In this document: positions 41,682 through 52,284 of the stretch, one piece after another
Layout of the letters: each line of letters begins with the position of its first letter
Position numbering within the stretch: the first letter of the stretch is position 1
Origin: a virus
Lineage: Duplodnaviria > Caudoviricetes
Length of the DNA stretch: 64,000 bases
Direction: 5' to 3' (one strand)
Virus record (IMG/VR): IMGVR_UViG_3300024346_000003
The notes under the pieces: generated by a model
Database searches by the model: none
What the model was told of the DNA's origin: nothing
What the model saw: only the letters and a program-made list of their open reading frames with translations
Program-made: the position numbers and the translations under genes

Positions 41682-43277
41682 TTATATTACTCTAACACCA
41701 TTTTTAATAGTCCAAGTACCACTTGATATAGTTGCAATAAGATTAACATTACCACCAGATAAACTAACTGATAAATCAACTTGATTTGTAGTACCACCTA
41801 AATCTAATGTAGATGTATCAGTATATTCAGTACCAATACCATTCCAAACACTCACAACTGTACCAACCCTCATAGTAGTACCACTCATAACATAATAATC
41901 AAAATAAGCACCATAACCAAATGTTTCTGGTATTGAAGAACAAACATGGATACCAGTAGTTAATCCACTTATAATATTAGTGTCCATAACTAATGTACCA
42001 TCAAGTATTAACCTTGAATTATCATACGTTAATCCAGATTGTGCAATTGCACCATTTGTTGTACCATCAGATGTTAATAATCTAGTTATTTGTGGGAATT
42101 GTACAGTATTGAATCCTGTTCCACTACTACCCGAAGTTCCACTTGTACCAGTAGTTCCAGAAGTACCACTTGTTCCAGTTGTCCCAGAACTACCTGATGT
42201 GCCAGAGGTTCCTGATGTACCCGAAGTGGCTGAACTACCTGATGTTCCACTAGTACCACTTGTTCCAGTTGTCCCAGAACTACCTGATGTGCCAGAGGTT
42301 CCTGATGTACCCGAAGTGGCTGAACTACCTGATGTTCCACTAGTACCACTAGTTCCAGAAGTCCCGCTTGTTGCTGAACTTCCACTTGTTCCGCTTGTTC
42401 CAGTTGTCCCAGAACTACCAGATGTACCCGAACTACCAGAACTACCACTAGTTCCAGATGTACCACTTGTTGCTGAACTTCCACTTGTTCCGCTTGTAGC
42501 CGAACTACCCGAAGTCCCACTTGTACCCGTAGTTCCAGATGTACCACTTGTTGCTGAACTTCCACTTGTACCCGTAGTTCCAGATGTACCACTTGTTGCT
42601 GAACTTCCACTTGTACCCGTAGTTCCAGATGTACCACTTGTACCTGATGTTCCAGTTGTCCCAGAAGTTCCACTTGTGGCAGAACTACCTGATGTACCCG
42701 AACTACCAGAAGCACCACTACTACCAGTACCACCACTTGTACCACTTGTTGCTGAACTACCACTTGTTCCACTTGTACCTGTAGTTCCAGATGTTCCCCT
42801 CGTGCCTGAAGTACCGCTAGTTCCACTTGTTGCTGAACTACCTGATGTTCCGCTAGTTGCTGAACTACCCGATGTACCACTAGTTGCTGAACTACCTGAT
42901 GTACCACTCGTACCTGACGTACCTCTAGTTCCACTTGACCCAGAAGTACCTGATGTGCCAGAGGTTCCTGATGTACCATCCGAACCACCAGATTGATAAT
43001 GAACATTATCATTTGCATCTAAAACTAAAAATTTAGATGAACCTATTATGTTACTAACATTTGGTAATTTTAATATATTTAAACTTGTTTCACCTGTAAC
43101 ATTAAAATTACCATCTATCGTTGCAGTTGTTGCTGATAATCTAATAGACATAGTTCCATCACAACTAACTATATCAGCAGTTGTAATACCAGTACATGGT
43201 TTAAACGGAGTAACTGGTGTGCTACTAATTATGAACGTCTTATTTACGTTTATATTACCTTGTGAAAAATTATCCAT
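41682..43277 (-). CDS. Gly-Thr-Ser collagen-like fibre protein
   Basis: About 288-aa GTS/GSS/ATS tract (42114-42977) flanked by small beta domains. Confidence 0.75.
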   Translation of the reverse strand: MDNFSQGNINVNKTFIISSTPVTPFKPCTGITTADIVSCDGTMSIRLSATTATIDGNFNVTGETSLNILKLPNVSNIIGSSKFLVLDANDNVHYQSGGSDGTSGTSGTSGTSGSSGTRGTSGTSGTSGSSATSGTSGSSATSGTSGSSATSGTSGTSGTRGTSGTTGTSGTSGSSATSGTSGGTGSSGASGSSGTSGSSATSGTSGTTGTSGTSGTSGTTGTSGSSATSGTSGTTGTSGSSATSGTSGTTGTSGTSGSSATSGTSGSSATSGTSGTSGSSGSSGTSGSSGTTGTSGTSGSSATSGTSGTSGTSGTSGSSATSGTSGTSGTSGSSGTTGTSGTSGTSGSSATSGTSGTSGTSGSSGTTGTSGTSGTTGTSGTSGSSGTGFNTVQFPQITRLLTSDGTTNGAIAQSGLTYDNSRLILDGTLVMDTNIISGLTTGIHVCSSIPETFGYGAYFDYYVMSGTTMRVGTVVSVWNGIGTEYTDTSTLDLGGTTNQVDLSVSLSGGNVNLIATISSGTWTIKNGVRVI

Positions 43278-44346
43278 TTAATGAGTTTCCGATTAAGCTG
43301 AATGTACTATTCCCATTATTATCAGTCCTAGTTATTGTTATTGTAATATTATCCCATTTATTAAACATTAATGGTTCAACAATAGTAGTACCATTAAATA
43401 TTACCACATTATTTGATTTAATCTCAATATTGGATATATTGATTAAATTTTCAATTGAATTAAACCTACCATCAAAATCAGATACAAATGAAAATGAATT
43501 GACATTTTGAGATGGGTTTGAACCTTTTTGGAAAATAAAATTATAAATAACACCATCATCAACACTACTTGGTAATATTTTAAATTTAACTTTACTTATT
43601 TGACCATCAACTTCAATTGCAACAAATATTCTATTAATAGATGGTATTACCTCAAAATCATTTTCATCTAATATATAACCATAAAGTACCATCTCAAATG
43701 GTTGAACATAAAATCTTCTATTTTCAAAATCATCGATATTACTTTCATCACCAATACTCTCTAAATGTAATGGCATTGGATGACCATTGACACGAACATA
43801 ATGTTGTCTAGACTGAAACATTTTTTGAACCAATTGATTTAATTGATTTAAATCTTTCATTCTATTACAGAACAACCTAACTTCATAAGTTAAATCAACT
43901 GAGGTTGGTTGTGGAATCTTATATGTATCAACACCAACTCTACCACCTTCAAATGTTGGTATCTTCATATACGTATAAGACCTTCTACCAGGTATATTAA
44001 ACAATCCAGCTTGATTTCTACCTACCTGTGGGTTTGGTAGTCTTACAATCGTTATAAATGGCATTTTAATATCTTTATACTTATCGGCAAATTGCCAAGA
44101 TTGACTAAATTCAGACCACCTTTGTAAAGTTAAAAACAAAACAGGTACCTTTTCACCTTCAATTGTAATTGATAAATCCTTTTCAATAAATTCAATAACA
44201 GTTGAATCCATATCTTCATACATTACCCCTCTAGGTAGAAAAGTTCCCTTTCTAGCAATATCATCCAACATATCTTGTCTTTGTTCAAAACCAATTGGTT
44301 GACGTGTAATCTTTATGTCTTTTCTAAATCCTTTAGGTACTGCCAT
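43270..44346 (-). CDS. Tail terminator/completion protein (gp15-like)
   Basis: VPV.FLT.QRWS...KMPFITIVR...[12 protein letters not shown]; follows the gp14-like gene. Confidence 0.5.
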   Translation of the reverse strand: MAVPKGFRKDIKITRQPIGFEQRQDMLDDIARKGTFLPRGVMYEDMDSTVIEFIEKDLSITIEGEKVPVLFLTLQRWSEFSQSWQFADKYKDIKMPFITIVRLPNPQVGRNQAGLFNIPGRRSYTYMKIPTFEGGRVGVDTYKIPQPTSVDLTYEVRLFCNRMKDLNQLNQLVQKMFQSRQHYVRVNGHPMPLHLESIGDESNIDDFENRRFYVQPFEMVLYGYILDENDFEVIPSINRIFVAIEVDGQISKVKFKILPSSVDDGVIYNFIFQKGSNPSQNVNSFSFVSDFDGRFNSIENLINISNIEIKSNNVVIFNGTTIVEPLMFNKWDNITITITRTDNNGNSTFSLIGNSLNG

Positions 44347-44362
44347 AATTTATTTTTAAATT

Positions 44363-44887
44363 TTAAATTCCTCTGAATTCATTATAATCTATTGGTGCGC
44401 AAAGTACAGTTCTAAATGCACCTTTGTAACCTAATATCGTATGTTTATTATCATAATTTTTTCTACCGTCATTAACGATACTAAAATATCTCATTTCACT
44501 TTCATTAACAGCATAACCAACATAGTCACCAAAACTTAATTCAACATCCATTTCAGCAAGTTGTGCATCATAAATACCAAAAGTTAATTGACCATCCTGT
44601 AAATATCTTAATGAACCAGAACCACTATTATAAGCTTTATTTTCAGCTTCATTTAATATTGGTACTATTCTAAGCTCAACAGGTGGTAAAAATCTAATAC
44701 CATCCATAGTTGATTCACCATAAACATCATCTGATGAAGTTAGAGTTCTATCAACACGATAAAGTATGATTGTAAAATTACCATCATCCTCAATAGCCTC
44801 TCTACCCATATTAATTTCTAAATCAAAATCATCCCTACTAAAAAATTTAGCATTTCTATTTATCGGTATTATTCTAGGTCTCGACAT
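44363..44887 (-). CDS. Neck/head-closure protein (gp14-like)
   Basis: 174 aa; IILYRVD...DDVYGES...F.PPVEL...GDYVGY..F.I; context. Confidence 0.55.
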   Translation of the reverse strand: MSRPRIIPINRNAKFFSRDDFDLEINMGREAIEDDGNFTIILYRVDRTLTSSDDVYGESTMDGIRFLPPVELRIVPILNEAENKAYNSGSGSLRYLQDGQLTFGIYDAQLAEMDVELSFGDYVGYAVNESEMRYFSIVNDGRKNYDNKHTILGYKGAFRTVLCAPIDYNEFRGI

Positions 44888-45013
44888 AGTTTTTTATAGA
44901 TAAATATTTGAAATAATATAAATGTCAATTTAATCTTGATTTTTATTTAAAAATCCTTATATTTAATAGTATTTTTAGATACAAATAACAATTAAATTTT
45001 AACTATATGAGAT

Positions 45014-46864
45014 TTGATAAATTTAGATGAAATAGGTGGGTATTCAGCAATCTCAAAACTTAAGGGTTATGAAGGTAAAAACCCATATATAAAAAAAATG
45101 AAAAAAAAATTATTGGCTGACGGTAAAATAATTCTTACACCAACCCAAAGTAAATATGTAATGGATAACTTTGATAAAGAACCTATGTTAATTAATAAAA
45201 TTGTTAATATAACTGAATTCTTAGGTGAATCATTACAACAAAATGAGAAATTAACATTCAAACCAGAAAGGATTTTAATTGAATTTATGTTAGCTGATTC
45301 TGAAAAGACTTATCATGTATATGGTAAATTAACTAAAAAACAAGCAAAGTCTGGAATGTATTTTTTACCAAAAACACAAGTGGTTGATGACCCATATTTC
45401 CAAGAATGTGATATTGATGTTGATTTTGAAAAATATGAGAAACTAGACAGCTTTATTGATTCAGAAGGTAAAGTTGGTAGAAAAATATTAGACCATCAAA
45501 AATCAGGTATAAAATTCTTATTGACTAGAAATGGTGCAATACTAGCTGATGATATGGGTTTAGGTAAATCAATGCAATCAATAGTGGCCGCTATTGAAAG
45601 TGGTGCTAAAAAAATATTAATTGTTTGTCCATCATCAGCAAAAATAAACTGGCAAAGAGAAATTAATTACTTACAAGAAGAAGATATTACGATAATCAGT
45701 GGTTCGAGATGGTCACACGCAAAGTTTACAATAATTAACTTTGATATATTGAAAAATTTCCACACATTAAAAGATGATAAAAATGATGGTATGCCACCGA
45801 TTAGAGATTTAGTTAACTCTAATTTTGATTTGTGTATTATAGATGAAGCTCACAACCTTAGAAACCATAAAAGTATTCGTGGTGCTATTATGACTGAACT
45901 TTGTGTAGATTATGGAATTGAACGAGTTTGGTTATTATCAGGAACACCTGTGGCAAACAGACCTATGGACTTTTATAACTTATTACGATTAATTAAATCA
46001 CCATTAGTTGATAATTGGAAATTCTATGCTCAAAGATACTGTGAAGGTAAACAAATTACAACAACATTAAAGAATAGAACAAAAAGAAAAATTTGGATTA
46101 CCAATGGTGCATCAAATTTAGATGAATTATCTATTAAAACTAGGAATCTTCTATTAAGAAGAATGAAAGATGAAGTTTTAGATATGCCAGACAAAATACG
46201 AGTTCCGAATTATTTTAAAATGTCAAACAAACAACAACTAGAATATGACTCACTATGGGAAGATTATCTACTTGAAAGAAAAAAACAAAAGAAAAAAGGT
46301 ACTATACAAAGAGATTTAGTTGAATTAGGTTTACTAAGAAAATATATTGCAATGGAAACTATACCAGAAACTATAGCTTTAGTTGATGAAGTAATAGAAC
46401 AAGGTCATAAAGTAATCATCTTTACATGTTTCACTGATGAATTAAACGCACTAGCTGAACATTATGGTAGTAATTGTGTAATTCATTATGGTGAATTAAA
46501 TGAAAAAGAAAAACAAAAATCAGTAGATAAATTCCAAATGGAAGGTGGTCCGATGGTATTTATAGGTAATATTATATCAGCTGGTGTTGCGATTACATTA
46601 ACAAGGTCAACATATGTTGTTTTTAATTCATTTGACTGGGTTCCTGGTAATTCAGAACAAGCTGAAGATAGAAGTTATAGATTAGGTCAAAAAAATAATG
46701 TTACAGTTTATTATAACTTATTTGAGAACACAATAGTTAGCACAATGTGGCACACCTTGAATAGAAAGAAAAACATAATTAATCAAATTATGTCAAGAAA
46801 TGATAATAACACAACCGCAGTTGATGAAATTGTGGATTATATAATAGAAGATAAAATAGAATAA
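45014..46864 (+). CDS. SNF2-family (SMARCAL1/HARP-like) helicase
   Basis: ILADDMGLGKS, IIDEAH, LSGTPV.NRP.D, KVIIF, GVAITLT, QAEDRSYRLGQ. Confidence 0.9.
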   Translation: MINLDEIGGYSAISKLKGYEGKNPYIKKMKKKLLADGKIILTPTQSKYVMDNFDKEPMLINKIVNITEFLGESLQQNEKLTFKPERILIEFMLADSEKTYHVYGKLTKKQAKSGMYFLPKTQVVDDPYFQECDIDVDFEKYEKLDSFIDSEGKVGRKILDHQKSGIKFLLTRNGAILADDMGLGKSMQSIVAAIESGAKKILIVCPSSAKINWQREINYLQEEDITIISGSRWSHAKFTIINFDILKNFHTLKDDKNDGMPPIRDLVNSNFDLCIIDEAHNLRNHKSIRGAIMTELCVDYGIERVWLLSGTPVANRPMDFYNLLRLIKSPLVDNWKFYAQRYCEGKQITTTLKNRTKRKIWITNGASNLDELSIKTRNLLLRRMKDEVLDMPDKIRVPNYFKMSNKQQLEYDSLWEDYLLERKKQKKKGTIQRDLVELGLLRKYIAMETIPETIALVDEVIEQGHKVIIFTCFTDELNALAEHYGSNCVIHYGELNEKEKQKSVDKFQMEGGPMVFIGNIISAGVAITLTRSTYVVFNSFDWVPGNSEQAEDRSYRLGQKNNVTVYYNLFENTIVSTMWHTLNRKKNIINQIMSRNDNNTTAVDEIVDYIIEDKIE

Positions 46865-46866
46865 AA

Positions 46867-47124
46867 ATGGTAAAATTATATGGATTTGAAGATTGCCCTT
46901 ATTGTCAAGAATTAAAAGGGTTATTTGATACAAACGGTATTGAATACACTTATGTTGATGTTATGGCTGATGAGAATGAAAAAGAAATTGAAAAAATATT
47001 TGAATTGACTAAACAAGAGTCAGTTCCAGTTGTTTTAGTTAATAAAACAATCTTAGCACCAGAATCTTCATTCAAAACAATAGCTGAAGCTTACAAATTA
47101 ACTTTAAAATTTTTAAATACTTAA
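46867..47124 (+). CDS. Glutaredoxin/NrdH-like redoxin
   Basis: CPYC active site; SVPVV cis-Pro motif. Confidence 0.9.
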   Translation: MVKLYGFEDCPYCQELKGLFDTNGIEYTYVDVMADENEKEIEKIFELTKQESVPVVLVNKTILAPESSFKTIAEAYKLTLKFLNT

Positions 47125-47170
47125 TTGATGATTATAGTATTGTTAGATATTTATATATAAATCAGATATC

Positions 47171-48322
47171 ATGGCAGTAAATGAAGACGAAAAATTAAAA
47201 ATATTTGAACAATTCAGGGTGTCTATGGGTTGGCCTAATCGTAAGATTGAACTTGACGATGACCAACTTTGTGTACTACTTGAAATTGCAATAGAAGATT
47301 ATGCACAATACACTCAAGAATGGTTAATTGAACATCAATGGATGTCATTATTGGGTAAAGATGTTGATACAATTGATATGGCATTTGCCTTAAGTGTTAG
47401 AAGTTTAGATTTCTCAACACAATATACTTACGCATACTCAAAACAAGTTGGACTACAAACCAGAGGTCCATGGGAACTTAAAAAAGATTATATAAATGTA
47501 GAAGCTGGTAGACAAGTTTATCAGATTCCAGCTGGTAGAGAAGTTAATGAAGTATTATGGGTAACACCACCAACAACAGATAGAGCTTTATTTGCTAACT
47601 ATGGTGGTCTTAACTATGGTTTAGGTGGTGGGTTTGCTCAAATGGGTTCTGGTGGTGGTGCCATGGGTGCTGGTATGGGTGGTGCTGGTATGGGTGGTTA
47701 CTTTATCGCACCAGCATATGACATCTTATTGACCGCATCTGACATGAACTTAAAGAATAGAATTTTAAGAAGTGAATTAGTTTATAAAATAACTAAAGGT
47801 CCAGATGGAACTAGATTACTACATTTATTAAGTACACCAGGTTCTAAATTTAGTTTTGGTGGTGCTATAGGAAATCAAGGTGTTGGTGGTGGAATTAATT
47901 TAACTGGTTGTCAAGTGTGGTATTACTATTATGATACTGATAACCCAGAGGAATGTAGATTACAAAACCCTGATATTATCATGTCACCAAATGATGTTCC
48001 ACTTTCTAAATTAGATTTCGCTAAGTTCAATGAACCAACTAGAACATTAATACGTCAATTATTTGTATCTGAAGCAAAAAGAGCATTAGGTAGAACTAGA
48101 GGTAAATTCGGAGGAGTTGTTGGACCACCAGAAGCTGAAAAGACAATGGATTATGATTCATTATTATCTGAAGGTAATGAAGAAAGAAGAACTATACTAG
48201 AAAGGTTAGATGAAAGATTAGCAAGGTTATCTAGTACAACACAATTAGAAAGAGCAGCAAATGAAGCTGAATATCTAAATAGAGCATTAAAATTCAGACC
48301 AATGGGTTTTTATATGAAATAA
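47171..48322 (+). CDS. Neck/head-tail adaptor (gp13-like)
   Basis: G.P...IELDDDQL...IAIEDY...K...G..RGKFGGV.GP...MDYDSLLSEG.EE; late motif 17 nt upstream. Confidence 0.6.
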   Translation: MAVNEDEKLKIFEQFRVSMGWPNRKIELDDDQLCVLLEIAIEDYAQYTQEWLIEHQWMSLLGKDVDTIDMAFALSVRSLDFSTQYTYAYSKQVGLQTRGPWELKKDYINVEAGRQVYQIPAGREVNEVLWVTPPTTDRALFANYGGLNYGLGGGFAQMGSGGGAMGAGMGGAGMGGYFIAPAYDILLTASDMNLKNRILRSELVYKITKGPDGTRLLHLLSTPGSKFSFGGAIGNQGVGGGINLTGCQVWYYYYDTDNPEECRLQNPDIIMSPNDVPLSKLDFAKFNEPTRTLIRQLFVSEAKRALGRTRGKFGGVVGPPEAEKTMDYDSLLSEGNEERRTILERLDERLARLSSTTQLERAANEAEYLNRALKFRPMGFYMK

Positions 48323-48347
48323 AAAAAGGGACTTCAGAGTCCCTTTT
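48321..48347. terminator. Bidirectional terminator
   Basis: AAAAGGGACT-TCAG-AGTCCCTTTT between convergent genes. Confidence 0.8.
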
Positions 48348-48353
48348 CTATTT

Positions 48354-51300
48354 TTAGAAGTTCCAATCATTACCATCGTCATCAATCGAAATTTTATCTT
48401 CACTAGGTGGAAATTCTTCATTCATATATTCCTCATGTTCTTTATACACTTCTTCATTATATATGGTTGCCCCCAAATCCCTAAGTTCTTTTTCCATTGT
48501 TCCACCAGACATAGCTTCCATTTCAGCTTTATAATCTAACCACATATCATACATATTATCAGCACCATGTTCTACTGAACTATACCACAGAGCCCTTTCT
48601 TTTGCATCATCTTCGTAATCAAATAATGCTGCTGATTTAAATAATGGTTCATCCCATTTTATAGACATTAAATGTTCTTTAGTAACCTCAATGATAGACT
48701 CAAGTCTCAAAGGCAATTTATTATAATTAATCATTTTATGATAATCAGAAGTTTCCATTCTTTTTAATAAATTTAAAACTTCTCTTTTTTCTTCCTTAAT
48801 ACCCTCTTCTTTAGCAATTCGCATTCTCTCAAGATAATCTTCAGTAAGTAGTAACCAATCAGCATCATCGATAAAGTTAGGTGTTTTATTTACTGAAATC
48901 CAGAATTTAATTTCTCTATCTTCTAATCGCATTAAATCATCTTCGTAATCATCTTGGTCACCTGGCTCCAATGGTTTACCAGATACAAGTGTACATTCAG
49001 ATTCAGTGAAAACACTTCTTTGTTGAAGTTTCATTAATTTAGTCTTCTTATCCTTTTCAACACTAATTAAAATTCTATCTCTAATATCAGTATCGAAACA
49101 AACTAATAGTGATTTTATTCTATTGTTTAAACTTTCTAAGTATTTAGCAACATTATAATCATCGACTAATAAATCTGGGTTTTTCTCAATTTGTTCTTGA
49201 GGTATTAACTGACAATTAAATCCAACTTCAACCAAACCAGTCTCTTTATTTTTTGTAGCTTTAATATCATTATGTGATTTAGCTGTACCAGTATTGATAT
49301 AATAAATAACATCACCAATATCAACCTTCAAATCATTTGCTATTGCAAGTTCCATATGGGCTTGTCTTGATTTTGAATTACCAGCTTTATTCTTTTCACC
49401 ACAATAGACATTTTTGTAGTTATTTAATGTCATTTTAATTCTAGATTTTGATGCAATTTTTAATGCTGGAATCTGATAATTATAAATCTTATTAACTGTC
49501 TCATAATACAATTCAATAAATTCATATCCCTTACCATCAAGTAACAAAGCAATACACTCATTTATAAATTCCTCAATATATACAGGCATTGATTTTGATT
49601 TGATACTGTTACCAACAAGCTTAACCTTACCATCAATTTTGTTTGCATAGTTTTTTCGCTTAAAATTGATTGATGCATCGTAAATATCATCTATATCAAG
49701 ACCCATACGACCTTCCATATATGTCTCATTAAATTCAGCCAATGTAGCATCCAAACCTACTAATTCAGTTCCTGGTTCATACTTTTCAGTTTTCCAATGA
49801 CTTGCTTTAACAATATATTTAATATCATTAATATTTTCTGGAATAATAAAGTTACAACCATCGGTATCTAATACTAAAGGTTCAAAATCATATTTACCCT
49901 TAAAGAATTTAACCATAAGTCTTAATGATTGTCTACCTCTACATGTTGTTTCTTCAGCACAATCTGTATCACCCCATGGGAACAAATAAGGTGCACCGTA
50001 TGAACCAAACCATGAGTTAGCTAGAATTTTAAGTGGTAATTGTTTCTTATCGTAATCTGAACTCTTTTTAGATTCAATAGTAATCATTGATTTAGCCTTC
50101 TCAATGCGCTCTGGTGTTAATTTACCCATGTTGGTATCCAACAACTCTTTTAGTCGCTTAGATTCATCCTTATGCTCACCAGTTAAGAATTTAAACTCAT
50201 CACGTTTATCAACAACATATGTTAATAAACCTTCCATTACACCAGTAATATCAAGATTCGGGAATATTCCCCAAGTTAATTGTGTTTTAGGATATAGGGC
50301 TGCAAAGTCAAACTTAACAACACCACGATTACCAGCGTACCCAACTTTTAATAATCTAGATAAACCACCTGTAAATTCTCTTTTTGGTTGAAGACTAGGA
50401 ATACCTAACCCATTTTCATATGACCAAGCGGCCATAATCAACTTCCATTGACCAGCAGTTCCCATTGTTGAACTTCGCATATAAGAAGTTGGTAAAATCT
50501 TAGCTAATAAGAATGATGCTTGATTATAGATATAATCAACTTGTTCAGTTTCCCAAAGGTCATCTAATAAATAACGTTGAACTATGTAATCACCTTTAAC
50601 CCTAGTTAACCCACCGTCATTGAGTAATTTATTCACAGTTTCATCTGATAAATTACTTTCTTTATCTAGCAACGTATCCAATAACCCCCAAGAACCATCT
50701 TCATTATTAAACCAATAATCTCTTTTGTCAGCCCATGTATAATTGATTTTATCACCTGGAACATAAACACGATTTGTTTTTGCTACTTTAGAGAATTTAG
50801 TAATATACTTCAAACTCCATTGTTTAATATCTGAATTAATTGCTTGCGCTCTACGAACAGCATGTGAAATATCCAAGATATTATAACCCCACATATAAGT
50901 TTGTAGGTAGTTAATAGTTTCTTGACCTAATTTTAATTGGGAATCCTTTCTTTTTATTTTAGAATTAGGACTTAATGTTTTAACGATTTGAGTAAAATCA
51001 ATTGATAATCTTTCACATCGTCTTTCGATATACGGCCAGTCAAAGTTTTCAGAATTATAAGCTGTAATTAAATCTGGTTTTAACCTATCTATTATCTTAA
51101 ACATTTCGATAATATTTTCTTTTTCAGATTCTCTTCGTTCTTTTGGTGTATCACCTTTGGTTTCTAATATAATTTCAAATCCATGATTATCTTTTACACC
51201 AACTTGGAAAATCTCATGTCTGCTAGCATCTAAACCAGCAGTTTCCAAGTCAAATTGCAATCTATGCAACCCATTATAATCATCAATACCTTTAAATAAA

Positions 51301-51761
51301 CGCTTACCAGTTTGTATTAGAAATTGTTCAGATGGTGGTAATGCTAAAAATAAACCCTTATATTTATCACCCCATATATCAACACCACCTTCTTTAAAGA
51401 ATGCAATTAAACTACTATAACCATTTGTTGTTTCAGCTATAAATTTATAACCATTATCCATTCGGTCTGGTATAAACCCACTTTCATCACTAACCCTTAA
51501 TGGTTTTAACTTAATATTGAATTTAGCTCTAGCTTCTCTTAACCTAGTTTTATTACCACCATATAAAATATTTGACGCATCCTGTTTCAACCAAACAAAT
51601 GGTTTATAATTATGTCGCTCAAGTCTTTTACCTGTTTCAGGGTCATTAATTACTAAATCAACATAGTTCTCACTATAATTAGACTCGATAGCAATAATAT
51701 ATTTTTGTGGGTCTCTACCCTCTAGAAATGATTCAATTTCTTCAAAATTTATTTTACTCAT
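48354..51761 (-). CDS. polB: Family B DNA polymerase
   Basis: ExoI FDLET, ExoII YNSENFDWPY, ExoIII YLLDD; polymerase motifs KFDFAALYP, KILANSWFG, LDTDG. Confidence 0.92.
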   Translation of the reverse strand: MSKINFEEIESFLEGRDPQKYIIAIESNYSENYVDLVINDPETGKRLERHNYKPFVWLKQDASNILYGGNKTRLREARAKFNIKLKPLRVSDESGFIPDRMDNGYKFIAETTNGYSSLIAFFKEGGVDIWGDKYKGLFLALPPSEQFLIQTGKRLFKGIDDYNGLHRLQFDLETAGLDASRHEIFQVGVKDNHGFEIILETKGDTPKERRESEKENIIEMFKIIDRLKPDLITAYNSENFDWPYIERRCERLSIDFTQIVKTLSPNSKIKRKDSQLKLGQETINYLQTYMWGYNILDISHAVRRAQAINSDIKQWSLKYITKFSKVAKTNRVYVPGDKINYTWADKRDYWFNNEDGSWGLLDTLLDKESNLSDETVNKLLNDGGLTRVKGDYIVQRYLLDDLWETEQVDYIYNQASFLLAKILPTSYMRSSTMGTAGQWKLIMAAWSYENGLGIPSLQPKREFTGGLSRLLKVGYAGNRGVVKFDFAALYPKTQLTWGIFPNLDITGVMEGLLTYVVDKRDEFKFLTGEHKDESKRLKELLDTNMGKLTPERIEKAKSMITIESKKSSDYDKKQLPLKILANSWFGSYGAPYLFPWGDTDCAEETTCRGRQSLRLMVKFFKGKYDFEPLVLDTDGCNFIIPENINDIKYIVKASHWKTEKYEPGTELVGLDATLAEFNETYMEGRMGLDIDDIYDASINFKRKNYANKIDGKVKLVGNSIKSKSMPVYIEEFINECIALLLDGKGYEFIELYYETVNKIYNYQIPALKIASKSRIKMTLNNYKNVYCGEKNKAGNSKSRQAHMELAIANDLKVDIGDVIYYINTGTAKSHNDIKATKNKETGLVEVGFNCQLIPQEQIEKNPDLLVDDYNVAKYLESLNNRIKSLLVCFDTDIRDRILISVEKDKKTKLMKLQQRSVFTESECTLVSGKPLEPGDQDDYEDDLMRLEDREIKFWISVNKTPNFIDDADWLLLTEDYLERMRIAKEEGIKEEKREVLNLLKRMETSDYHKMINYNKLPLRLESIIEVTKEHLMSIKWDEPLFKSAALFDYEDDAKERALWYSSVEHGADNMYDMWLDYKAEMEAMSGGTMEKELRDLGATIYNEEVYKEHEEYMNEEFPPSEDKISIDDDGNDWNF

Positions 51762-51776
51762 AAGATATTATTTATA

Positions 51777-51883
51777 CAAATATATGGGGTAAAATAAATT
51801 AAAACAACAGATTAAGGGTATTTTATTTTTTAACCGTTTTCCAAACGGTTAACAAAGTTACTAAATTAAGATTAAAAATGCAA
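51777..51883 (-). promoter_or_regulatory. Tandem Bacteroidota-type promoters for polB with palindrome
   Basis: TTG-N20-TATATTTG (51777-51807) and TTG-N20-TAACTTTG (51853-51883); palindrome at 51830-51852. Confidence 0.65.
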
Positions 51884-51891
51884 CAAAAAGG

Positions 51892-52260
51892 TTATTTTTT
51901 AATACTACCGTCTAAAATATGTATGTATAATTCTTCTCTAATAGGCATAATTAAAGTACCATAACCATCTAAAAACTCAATAGTAAATTGACCAACATAA
52001 GTACCTGGTTTTTTTGTTTCTCTTTCTGAAAATTTATATGCTATATAATATTCATCATAACCACAGTCAGATGGTTTGGCAATACAAAGTGCTGGTTTTT
52101 TACCAATTACTTTAACACCAGTCTCCAATTCAGACATAGAAAAATACATATTTGAATTTTGTATCAGTTCATATATTTTTTTCACATCATATCTACCATC
52201 TTGAACAACATCAAGCTTCATTATAGGTAAAGTTGAATTTTTATTTATATAGAAATCCAT
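51892..52260 (-). CDS. Possible BppU-like fibre/baseplate adaptor
   Basis: IAYKF...ET.KPG.YVGQFTIEF..G...PI; late motif upstream. Confidence 0.4.
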   Translation of the reverse strand: MDFYINKNSTLPIMKLDVVQDGRYDVKKIYELIQNSNMYFSMSELETGVKVIGKKPALCIAKPSDCGYDEYYIAYKFSERETKKPGTYVGQFTIEFLDGYGTLIMPIREELYIHILDGSIKK

Positions 52261-52284
52261 AAAGTTTTTTTATTATAAATATCA

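Noticed and set aside
37651-43018. Plus-strand VP/DVP-rich ORFs and alternate-frame V/Q/L-rich ORFs over the GTS tracts
   Set aside because: Shadow frames of stop-poor GGT-ACA-AGT-type repeats; no start context or promoter motif.
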